DNA of 64,000 bases from Babesia bigemina (lineage: Eukaryota): contig NC_027218.1 of assembly GCF_000981445.1 (NCBI RefSeq), positions 1 through 64,000 of the forward strand, written 5' to 3'. The notes below the pieces were generated by a model. The model was not told the origin of the DNA and made no database searches. It saw nothing but the letters and a program-made list of their open reading frames with translations. Numbering within the stretch: position 1 is the first letter of the stretch; every line of letters begins with the position of its first letter. This document shows, piece by piece, positions 53,501 to 62,686 of this stretch. Made by a program: the position numbers and the translations under genes.

Positions 53501-56199
53501 GTTTTCAAATTGTGCAGATGTGCATCGATGTATCGGCCACATGTGTCAAATTCCTTGGCAAAAGCGTTTAGATGTCGTCTGATTTGCTCGAGGAAGCCAA
53601 TCGATTCACCATCCACATTGGGATTTCCATTTAATCTTTTGCCAAGTTTATCTAGCCCATACAGTTCAATAGCTCCGATGGCTTTAGGAAGTGTTCCTTC
53701 TTCTTCGGTTCCATTCAGCTTGTTTCTATCATCGACAGCTGCTGTAATACGTTGACGAAATTGATTGAAAAGATTAGATAGATTTACTTTACTAGCATTA
53801 CTCGTTCCAATCTTTCCATTCAGCGCTTCAACAATGGTTTTTTCGACATTTGCCTCAAGTTGGTTCTGCACTGGAGACCTTCTGACGAAAGCTTTAGTGT
53901 CCTCGTAACCTGAGTCGCCATTCCTGAGAAGTGCTATCGTTAATTTGGCATTAAGATTAAGAGCCACTTTTAGCGCATCATCCACATAACCGATATTGCC
54001 CTGTTTGCTGCCTTTACCAGTAAGCCATTTGAGGTAAGTGGCTTTCTCGTTTGCTATGGCAAGTAGTTGGTGAAGTATAGGAGTGACAGCATTGATCATA
54101 TTAATGACGTACGCAGAATTAGATGTCCCGGCAGTGTTCCTCACCTTATTCTCAATCGCCTTGGCTATCTTGTCGGCCAGAGCATAAATTCCCGTTGACA
54201 TCGGTTTCTCATCCTTTCCTTGCTTAATGTTCCGTTCTATATCCTGCACAAAAAACTCAATACCAGTCTTTACAGCCTCAATATAGCCTCGGATTTTATC
54301 GTTGGATTTTTCGGCAGATCTTATCTGCTCTGTTACCAGCTGGCCGAGCACGCCAAAGTCGGAGCCCAGCGAATCTTTAATCAAATTTGCAATCACTCTA
54401 ATTTGTCCATCGTTGATTGTGTTCTCTTGCGTTATGTAATCCGAATTAAAGAAATCGTTCCTGACTTTCGTCTTTACCGTGAGAAAATATTCGGAAAGCT
54501 TCTCCTTCACCACTTCGCTATTCTGTAATATATCGGCAAGCCAATCCACTATTCTATTTTCAAAATTCTTATCATCGTAATCTCCAGCCCACTGCTTCAA
54601 CGATTTCTCAATTGCATCAATCCCAGTGTACGGATTTGTGATTTTATTCAGTTCCCCCCTTACTTTTTCAACATACTCCTTAACGTAGCCACCAATGTTT
54701 TCGTTCATCTGATTTCTCACCTCCTCTAGATCGAATCTAAGCCCATCGTTCAAGGATTTCACCTGAGCCAAGGCTACACCAACCAATGCCTTAACGTATG
54801 CTTCTGCTTCCTGAAATTCTTGGCTAACTTTTTTCGTAATATTCTTAATGTGGCCCTTCCTTGTGTTTTCACCTCCGCTGGCCTCCCCTAATATTTTAGA
54901 TACATGCTGATTCCTTGCTTCATTAATCGACGTGATGACTTCATCCATCCACTCTTCCATTTGTTTAACGCTGTGTATCAGTTTGTCATTTATATCCATC
55001 AGCTTTTCTTTAATTATCCGGACGGAAGCTTTCAACTTTTCGACAAGCGAAGTTATATCGTCATCAATTCTCACATTAAATTCTGCTTTAAGATATTCGA
55101 GCATATTACAAATTTCATTTTTCATGTCGACCATGTCCTTCCACTGCTTCCTGGACAACTTAGTCAGCCTCTCACGTTCGTGGGTAACGCTATTTTTTGC
55201 ATCTATGATTTTTACCTTTAATTCGTGATTTAGGTCTAAAACGTTTTCATGTGCAACCGTCAAAGCATTTTCAAGCGCAATACTTTTTTCCACGCACTCA
55301 TGTACTAATGTGTCTGCCTTGGACACCGCGTTATCAGTAGCCTTGTAATCATCAAGATTTTCATCTGGCAATTTACTTCTCAATGCGTTATTTTTATAAT
55401 CGTTCATTTCACTTAGCATCGCATTAATAGGCTCTTTCACTTTCTCATTACTTTGCCTAACTCTCTCATTATACTCCCGCACCTTCCTCGCCACCTGCTC
55501 AATGACCTTAAAACCCTCACGCCCGGTGGATAATTTAGTTTTTAATTCTGTCTCAACAAAATGTTTTAAATCATTTTTACCCACACTGTAAGGCTGTTTC
55601 TCGCTGACATCCTTAAGCACACCACTCAAAAATCCCATCACCCCGTCACACAGCCTGTCCAGGTCAGAGTACACAATACCAGTGCCATCGTAGCCTTTGG
55701 AAGTAGAGTTGAAGCCGAGGAATTTTTCGAGGCCGTCACAAAGATTCTCTAACAGCTTTTTACATCCATCAGTTGTATCTTTTGAAGTAAATATGTTAAG
55801 ACTCTCTTCAAGCTTTTTAAGCTGTTCGAACTTGGACGTAATGCCATCATAGGCTTTCTGTTGGGAGTCGTCGAGGTGATTTTTAGTGCAATTTTTAATG
55901 CCTTCACATTTCGATTTAAGGTTTTCAAAAGTTTTTGAGGAAAGATTTTTTGAATCTCTAAGTTTCTCAACTTCAGCCACTTTATCCTTACAACACTTGT
56001 ACGACTTGGCAGAATCAAGAGCCTTAAGAAGCGCACTTACATTAGTGGTATACGCCTTTTCAATAGCCTCCTCGATTAACTTTTTCAAAGCTTTGGCCAA
56101 CTGCTCCAGCCCATTCCCATCCCCATGCCTCACCTGTATGAGCCAGTCGATGGCCTCCCGTAGATTTTCCGGGCAATCGGTGAGCTTCTTCGGCGCCAT
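50566..56199 (-). CDS. ves1: Full-length ves1-family variant erythrocyte surface antigen
   Basis: 1877 aa beginning with the VESA1-type N-terminus LTDCPENLREAIDWL; conserved block, SPLQSFLEDGL, TM and tail LDVLHIKSHLRSPSSHRIAAQSLL. Confidence 0.93.
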   Translation of the reverse strand: MAPKKLTDCPENLREAIDWLIQVRHGDGNGLEQLAKALKKLIEEAIEKAYTTNVSALLKALDSAKSYKCCKDKVAEVEKLRDSKNLSSKTFENLKSKCEGIKNCTKNHLDDSQQKAYDGITSKFEQLKKLEESLNIFTSKDTTDGCKKLLENLCDGLEKFLGFNSTSKGYDGTGIVYSDLDRLCDGVMGFLSGVLKDVSEKQPYSVGKNDLKHFVETELKTKLSTGREGFKVIEQVARKVREYNERVRQSNEKVKEPINAMLSEMNDYKNNALRSKLPDENLDDYKATDNAVSKADTLVHECVEKSIALENALTVAHENVLDLNHELKVKIIDAKNSVTHERERLTKLSRKQWKDMVDMKNEICNMLEYLKAEFNVRIDDDITSLVEKLKASVRIIKEKLMDINDKLIHSVKQMEEWMDEVITSINEARNQHVSKILGEASGGENTRKGHIKNITKKVSQEFQEAEAYVKALVGVALAQVKSLNDGLRFDLEEVRNQMNENIGGYVKEYVEKVRGELNKITNPYTGIDAIEKSLKQWAGDYDDKNFENRIVDWLADILQNSEVVKEKLSEYFLTVKTKVRNDFFNSDYITQENTINDGQIRVIANLIKDSLGSDFGVLGQLVTEQIRSAEKSNDKIRGYIEAVKTGIEFFVQDIERNIKQGKDEKPMSTGIYALADKIAKAIENKVRNTAGTSNSAYVINMINAVTPILHQLLAIANEKATYLKWLTGKGSKQGNIGYVDDALKVALNLNAKLTIALLRNGDSGYEDTKAFVRRSPVQNQLEANVEKTIVEALNGKIGTSNASKVNLSNLFNQFRQRITAAVDDRNKLNGTEEEGTLPKAIGAIELYGLDKLGKRLNGNPNVDGESIGFLEQIRRHLNAFAKEFDTCGRYIDAHLHNLKTDRIGNVLNAIRNNLDALQRDNLYTVIQDVNRFLTTDANELKTQTILQLKSYVTNQLNSTSISLTHLSQKQYVTSIKYMLNAFSTKVRNELHQLPEAIESDLDIGFKGFMNAIEGEATKNIQKLQYAVDLRSLCHGFEAFFLPLKKFIDSEIKRVHENNNLQKNPNPLEPESTYTTKINRIYSALSTLIGHIITTNRYDHKIPGMLSNLMDAVNTLKPQSFEQGNTPILDGVTDGLGKFVDEMRKAYMSRYDGAKAITWDGTFTNKEPEESKNAKKICLTVFYTLFHNLHPLFYKASTDWRTQKIQGGENNMHLRKFIEDLGYDVANLITRDDIGWNVAVRLGKHFQKHGEFNEDPGKHKSFDKYIGYYKNKGVISKLFSHLNDYYYVCHLAPAKSPKQPCNIFQMLAWLCGLTYNSVYGDLSLNGFGGLFEESKQEEEADPDGISLKVDDDETLSAYPEDITGTKLRDSLTAVCHSAYDVLTAVLGHGHNDGVYASDYFNNNLNLSYPTSGSACLDMLVDILHRVHHQMGFLLKQCLNGPDSSGWKDCWYGRGVGGSSWRCNTWQCPKQIDGQACTQIANQRADQTCNQHASCGLKSPLQSFLEDGLAGFLPHKITKPGCKLDCAVSNHRGLPCKTPMGFADISVKASHTKKGSHLIELLTGFCGKRDSPLVNLCAQLTCLMQRVPQTLDDMFSFYSNLLKDWNKNDTHRRLAFDNAVTKAYLNQLYDALQVDSIFSGGHSINHAKGDLFSLTCGTDSLSKSHCGRYLQPFSMNTWSVFSEKNADRYLTWITYLTETFYVLLKNIYDECCKNCATPGSRCYEKTCYKNCVVSQSAEHHDKCKSIAACNFTRPTLCKYGFVLKSSSNLSGTNGNKTKRTCQDFCKTLKDVLQEDRVLFILAYKTIPEFLFTIRAPFIWLNVALWLLSLLYLICVMIGRLDVLHIKSHLRSPSSHRIAAQSLLAAARVGKLSKIWYLQA

Positions 56200-57426
56200 A
56201 GTTTAGTAGCGAGAAGTAACCGTGTGATTGATCGTATGGAATTACATATGCAATCCGAGGCTGCAGACTTCGACTCCTGCGCAAATGCGATTAGCGCCAG
56301 ACCCTCAGCATACAATGTTTCAATGCCACCAACTACATTAGCTACACTTGTGCCAGATGAGGGATGTATTTCTATATCACGACAAAACTAGCATCCGCCT
56401 CGTTCACCGATTCCCAACCTTCAGCGCCTATACACCCAGAATTGCAATCCACTGCGGGTGTGGGTTGAAGCTTCTCAACTACATTCAAGTGCTTAGAGGC
56501 AGAGAGGAGTGACCGCGACATACGAAGTACTGGAGGTAATATTCACTTCGAATCATATCCAGATCTCATAAAATTACAGGTATACCCCATTACTTCCACA
56601 GACCACTAATCTGACAAAGTGCATCTTCCCGACACTTTTAGGTAGGTATAAGTTGGGGCGAATGTAGCTAACTGCCTCGTGCATATTAGTAGCAGGCGTG
56701 GCAATGAAAATACTGTCCCCCCTTCCGCTTTCACAAGTAGTGGGATTGTCGATGCGTGACGGATGAAGGCGCAATATAAACATGGCGTATACCGAATCTA
56801 ACTCTGAGTATGACCGAAGATTAGTGCGGACTATAAGCAATTGTATGAGACAAGAGTGGTAAGGGGCGGCGGAATACCGTGGTTACGATGTAGAGCATAA
56901 GCGAAGACGGAGGACAAGGCAGCATAATGAATATAATATACTCATCCAAGATCGTCGGAAGAGCAGAAGCATCGCCTCGATACCCGGATCGCCAGCCAAG
57001 CAAACTTGGCAGACCGACCTATACAAGATAAGGAAGCATGAGGATTCTGTGGAGTAGCTCCACGGAAGGGCATTCAGCTATTAGACAAGGCCCATGATGG
57101 TACCGCATGTGTTTAGTGACATGAAACCCAGCGAATAATACGACCATGTCAGTGCCACTCTTGCCCAGACAGGACGGATGACAGCAGATAAGATCGAAAC
57201 GGCAAGACATGGAACCCGGAACCAGTATCAGCGTGAGGCGATAGCCCCGCAAAACCGAAAATCGGCCCTAGGCACGTAGCCACATAGCACACTATAAGAT
57301 GAGATAACTTAATTTAGCTATTTAGCGATAATAAATGCGTTAAGTTTCGGAGGTTGGCGTTTTGGCTCACAATTTGCCGGTCGTGTGTGTCCTCATGTGC
57401 AGTAGGTGTTACGGATATCATCATCA

Positions 57427-59784
57427 TTACATCGTTGATATGTCTTGTTCTATAAGCTTAGATCCTCCTAGGGAGTATGTATAGCTTCTGTCATCTCCAG
57501 CCCTGATCCACCTGCATGATTTATTTGGCTTCTGCTCTACCGCTCTTATGGGAACAGACTTGCAGAAAAATATCGCATGTTGTGTTTCATAAAGAAACTT
57601 GTAGAAGTGACCTGTCGTAGGGTCGTCCTTATTCTTAATAATGCGGCTCATAACTATATATAGACCCTCTTCCCCCATACCCACAGTACATTTGCCGCCA
57701 AACGATTCCGTGTCTTCTGTCCATACAGACGCGTCTATAACACACGTATCTATATCCATTCTGTATCTTTGGTATTTGTTTGAGAGCGTGATTTCTGTTT
57801 TTTTGCCTCCGCTCTGCGCCATAACTTGTTTGCACTCAAAATCGAGAGTTACTTTGTGCGGTGTGTTGTACTCTAGGAGTTTTAACGAATAGGTGATATG
57901 TACAATATCTATCCCACCATTAGCCTCTTTAGTCACAACTGGGGGAGAAGCTCTGTTAACAAGAGAAACTCCGTTTTCCGATTCCATGTATATCTCTACG
58001 AGCTTGGTGCCGCGATAAAGAAACCGATTTGTGTAATATTTTCCGAAATTTTTTATACCATCGGGCAATACAATTGCCCTAATATTCTGGCCATACACAC
58101 CTTTCGAAACGTATCCTGCGTAGATCTGAGAAACTTTGACAAATCCGTTTCGGTTTATGTCTATGTTTACTTTTGCCGTGTAGCTCGCAGATTTGTAGAA
58201 CACTTCTTCTGTGATGGCGTTGTTTATTTTCTCGTCTTTACTTAAACTTATTCGGTGCATTACAGCTGTCAAATGGCGCACTTTTGCATCGTAGATGAAT
58301 GTATAGAGAACCGCGTTTTCCTTTGATTTACTTTGCATCTGAATCTGATACACAACACACTGCGCATCACATCCCAGAGGAATATCCGATTTGCATATAG
58401 GCACAGAGGCCAACTCCATGAGGTTAGTTTGGTCGGGTGCCTTAAGGTTAATGCACGTTTGTGTCGCTTCAAATCGTACGACGACAGCTTCTGGTGCAGC
58501 ACAGCCTGGAATATTAAGTTTGTATACCACAGATATTTGATTATTTTCATTTTCGATATTCGCTACAACATAACTGCTTGCATCTTCAGACAGCAAGTTG
58601 ACGCCACTCCTGGACTGCAACTTGGGTATGACCAGCGTTCGCTTTATTCCGTTGAGCAGATAGTACACCGCGTTTAAAGCATTTGACGGTCTAGACATTG
58701 TGCCAAATGGCATGATATCCACAGAGTAGACGTCCTCCCCATCAACGGTGACATTTCCCGAATGCTTCGGATGCAGGGTAGGTGCCTGCCATTCGTTATT
58801 GGAACCTAATGAGACGCTTGCCGCGTTTGAAATGGCAATTGGTTTATCGAAAAGTACATGATCAACACCATTAACAAGGTAAAATCCGTCCGTATATTCG
58901 ACGTACGTTTTCATTGCAATGACCGCTTTATTCCTTGTGTCATATAATACACTGTACAGAATGTGTCGTCTTGACTCTTGATGCGGCGATAACAGGAAAT
59001 GTTCGATGACATGTAGAGTTTGGTTGAACGTATTAACACGTTTCATTTCAGTCAAGCACTTATACGAGTCACCACTGCAAGTGTCCACTCGATACTCTCC
59101 ATACATCTCCGGCTTAGCATGGTGGCAACGGTCGATGTCAGTATCATCTATTATCTCCCCAGTTTTCGCATTTAGTTTAAAAATAATATTTTGCTCAACA
59201 TCTGCTTCTGGTATCCTTATGGTGTATTGTAACTCCAGAACGTTGCTCTCATCTCCGTCCATTTTGCGAAAAACCAGTTTGCTTCGCCGATCGTGCGCAA
59301 GAAGTGCAACTCCTTGACTATTTTGCAACCATAGGCGTATTAACGGACGATCATTGATGTAGACGTTTCCGAGATGATAAGTATACCACTTGGATTTTGG
59401 CTGAGTCATAATCTCTACCAGGTCACTTTCCGTAAAATTTAGCTGCACTTTAGCTCTCTGCATGTCCGTCTGTTCCGGCACATTGGCTCTAGATTGGGCT
59501 GGGATGATTTCTTTATTGTCAATCCCTAATCCAGGTCCACGTTCCCCATCAACGCATGCCGCTGCGGTGGACACATCCACTTCTGATGGATGATCCGCGA
59601 TAGGAATGTAACACAGGTTGATCGAGTAGTTCCTGAAGTACTTCTGGTACGCTATTGGCAGCATGTAACCATTTTGTTCACGGCTTCGTGCTACTTGACC
59701 GATTATGAGCAGTGCACATACAACGCCTAACCGAAGCAGCTTTAGAGATTGCTCCCGCAAGGGCAAACCGCCGCGAAACGCCAT
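57427..59784 (-). CDS. Probable secreted protein of unknown function with three divergent ~210-240-aa repeats
   Basis: 785-aa single ORF; N-terminal hydrophobic stretch LGVVCALLIIGQVARS; recurring GVxLL/V, YxLxI/L and YxxLY(D/E) motifs. Confidence 0.82.
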   Translation of the reverse strand: MAFRGGLPLREQSLKLLRLGVVCALLIIGQVARSREQNGYMLPIAYQKYFRNYSINLCYIPIADHPSEVDVSTAAACVDGERGPGLGIDNKEIIPAQSRANVPEQTDMQRAKVQLNFTESDLVEIMTQPKSKWYTYHLGNVYINDRPLIRLWLQNSQGVALLAHDRRSKLVFRKMDGDESNVLELQYTIRIPEADVEQNIIFKLNAKTGEIIDDTDIDRCHHAKPEMYGEYRVDTCSGDSYKCLTEMKRVNTFNQTLHVIEHFLLSPHQESRRHILYSVLYDTRNKAVIAMKTYVEYTDGFYLVNGVDHVLFDKPIAISNAASVSLGSNNEWQAPTLHPKHSGNVTVDGEDVYSVDIMPFGTMSRPSNALNAVYYLLNGIKRTLVIPKLQSRSGVNLLSEDASSYVVANIENENNQISVVYKLNIPGCAAPEAVVVRFEATQTCINLKAPDQTNLMELASVPICKSDIPLGCDAQCVVYQIQMQSKSKENAVLYTFIYDAKVRHLTAVMHRISLSKDEKINNAITEEVFYKSASYTAKVNIDINRNGFVKVSQIYAGYVSKGVYGQNIRAIVLPDGIKNFGKYYTNRFLYRGTKLVEIYMESENGVSLVNRASPPVVTKEANGGIDIVHITYSLKLLEYNTPHKVTLDFECKQVMAQSGGKKTEITLSNKYQRYRMDIDTCVIDASVWTEDTESFGGKCTVGMGEEGLYIVMSRIIKNKDDPTTGHFYKFLYETQHAIFFCKSVPIRAVEQKPNKSCRWIRAGDDRSYTYSLGGSKLIEQDISTM

Positions 59785-60964
59785 GACTATTGAGTATGCA
59801 CACTTGAGAAATGATAGTCAATGTAACTTTCGACTAAATGTGTAAATCAGTGCTTTGTGATAGCTAAGGGGTGTGCTGTATATTGCGGGCCGTTCGTAAT
59901 GCCCACCATGTCGCCAATGCGGTACACACACTGAAATATGAGTAGTTGATGTGACCATATTTCGTGTTTTTCAACATCTGTGTCGCCAAGGGGGCACATT
60001 GTATTGTTCAGAAGGCACGTCCCGCATTAAGGATGAGCCTGTATGTGCAAATTCTGGCGAATGGTTGCACCAGCACACCTATTTCCAACTTGAAAGATAG
60101 TGCCATACCGTAAAATTGCGCCCAAAGCAGGTCTGAATTTGTATTATCGCTCCTTTCCTGTATCGCTCAACAGTCAACAGAGAACTTAGGTTTTTGGCCC
60201 CTCCACCGAAAATCGTTTCAAAACACCCAAATCACAACGATGTATTGCACTTGTACATATATTATTACCGTAAAAGTAGGTTAGACAATGAACAAAATCT
60301 TCTTAAGCCATACCAGACGGAACCACTTGTGCGGCCGTTGCAGTGTTGCTGTGGTCGGGCACATCAATGACTTTTCAGATTTACACATTTATATACATTT
60401 AAGGTCATTGACCTATCATTCGTACAAGCGTCTCGACGGGTATAGAAGGATGCAAAACAGTATCTGTAGCCTGCGCAACTTGCTTGTGGATGGTTCCTAT
60501 AGCGGTTCATTTACGATTCTTTGAACTCCACCAAAGACGCGTTGTTTGTACCCGTGAATACTCAAAATATACGATAAGTACATTTGCATTTCGGCGGGAT
60601 TCACTACATATATCTGTCAGTGCTTGTCGCTGCAACCTTCCATTGTTTTTGGTTTACAGCTTCTCAAACGACATTACGCACATATTACACAACCCAAACA
60701 AAACGCATTTATAAAATCGTTATTATTGTATTAGATGTTTTAATCGGCGACTCATATGCCAGCATTCGGCTGAGGTCGGCGGCCATTGACGTGCGGATGC
60801 ATTCCAATGAAAGAAACGACATGTGCCATTTTACGTATTAATTAAGATTTTAAATACTAGCCGCCTCTAGAAACCAATCGGCGTGGTTTCCGGTAACCAC
60901 TGTTCGCGACATCCTATATGGGATCGCGTCTTGCGAATCTTTTCATCTCGCGTATATGTGCTAA

Positions 60965-61597
60965 ATGCAGTTCAAGATGAGACCAGTGGTTTCGGCTGTT
61001 CTATGTACTTTGTGGTTATATCAACTATCACCAATCTGTGAAGCTCTTCCCGGCAATAACATCCGTGATACCGTGGATGCCCCTGACAATACTCGTGACA
61101 CTGTGGCTGTTTCCAGCGACAGTATTCGTGATACCGTGGATGTCCTTGACGACAATACTCGTGACACTGTGAGTGTCCCGGGTGGCTCGAACAACACCGT
61201 TAAAAACAAACGTGAGAAGGAGATTGGAGAAGGTGAATACTGCCCTATTCCCCGGTTGGAAAGCATCAATCCCGTATGGGATCCTGAGGAAATTTATGCA
61301 AAGCATGAGGGTAAACTCAGCGATTTCGACAGGAACTTCTACAAGTTCTGGAAGGGTGCTTTCGCTACTGGTAGATTTGGAGGCATGAAACTGTGGAAGG
61401 TTGTGGCCGCTATGGGTGACGCGTTTTTGTCTGCGATGGATAAGCTTGGCATCCTCAAGCAAATGGAGAAGGCGGAACGGGAGAACTACTACCTGTTCAA
61501 CGATTACGAGGAGGAGTTTGACGCCTATCTTGACGAGGAGGCAAATGCTTATCTGGAAAAGAAATTAGCAGAACCAGTTCCTGTGGAAAAGAATTGA
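60965..61597 (+). CDS. Small probable secreted protein with four (N/S)(I/T)RDTV repeats and an acidic C-terminus
   Basis: 210-aa ORF; signal-like MRPVVSAVLCTLWLYQLSPICEA; 30-33-bp DNA repeats at ~61058-61175. Confidence 0.8.
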   Translation: MQFKMRPVVSAVLCTLWLYQLSPICEALPGNNIRDTVDAPDNTRDTVAVSSDSIRDTVDVLDDNTRDTVSVPGGSNNTVKNKREKEIGEGEYCPIPRLESINPVWDPEEIYAKHEGKLSDFDRNFYKFWKGAFATGRFGGMKLWKVVAAMGDAFLSAMDKLGILKQMEKAERENYYLFNDYEEEFDAYLDEEANAYLEKKLAEPVPVEKN

Positions 61598-62686
61598 ATG
61601 GGATGATTGCCAACGAATGCAGTGCGAATAGTTGTGTGCTACTTGTGACAACGGCGATCGCCCATGTACATCAATGAGATTCCATTGCCTGGTGTATTAG
61701 TTGGGATTTGATGATGACAGGACGAATGCAACCTTTTGCGCTGTGCCAGGCACATGGACTCTGGTTATTCGATGAGTATGCCTATACGACTTCGGCCATG
61801 TAAGGGACTGTCTATTTTATCGGTGAGGGTGGGATTGAGCGCAGGTGTCCCGGCCGTGACGTCATTGAGGGGTGAGCGGTTCGTGAAATCCCATCCGTCG
61901 TTTATCAACCGCAATATCGCATGCGTCACACAGTAAAAAGGTCAGCGCTATTGTTCAGGCGCGCATACGACATCGATAATCTAAACGTAACAAACGCCCA
62001 TTATGATTCACGTGTTTGAACATCTTTTACGTGCTAGTCACCTATGTCACATACTCGTTTTAAATAGTGTAAGTGGCTTCGTGTTCGTTAGTTAACGGTG
62101 GAACGGTTGTTCTTGCACACATACCGTTCCATTAACCATTTTGAGTGTTCGCCGAACGTTACGTGTGGGCAAATTGCAAATTCACAACCACAGCGTACTG
62201 TGAAACCGGCAGTGATATCCGTGTATTGTGTCTGGCCTCACTGTATGAATAATCCATCGTAGATCATTGCTCTCCGCGCCACGGCCCCCATGAGCGTTTG
62301 GTGTTTTGCTTACGTTCACAACTCTTTTTAATTACCCGTGTCATTAACGCTTAATTTTACTAACACGTTGTGTTTAAATTAAGCGGTTGTTCGCGGCGAA
62401 GGTTGTGAAGGTTTCTTTGTTACTCTGTTACGCTGTTTTCCTACCGGGGGCGTCTTTCACGCCCTTATTAGGTTAATGCAGTATTCGCTTCGTCACTAAT
62501 TGGCGTATTGCCTTCTATGACGAGTGAGTCGGTTCGGGAGTGATTTCTGTCCGCGTTGGTCGCGGCTACCGGTATTCGTCGTGCGTTATGCTTTATTGGT
62601 GGCCCGTTTATCCAAAAACGGACCTGAACTTCCTCAAGTTGATTATGTACATGCACATATCGTGTTGAATCGCTAATTGGTGCACT

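Noticed and set aside
59800..62680. Short ORFs at 60288-60841, 61736-61936 and 62468-62722, and at 56574-57252
   Set aside because: No recognisable motifs and no convincing splice model; treated as intergenic, although a small spliced gene cannot be excluded.
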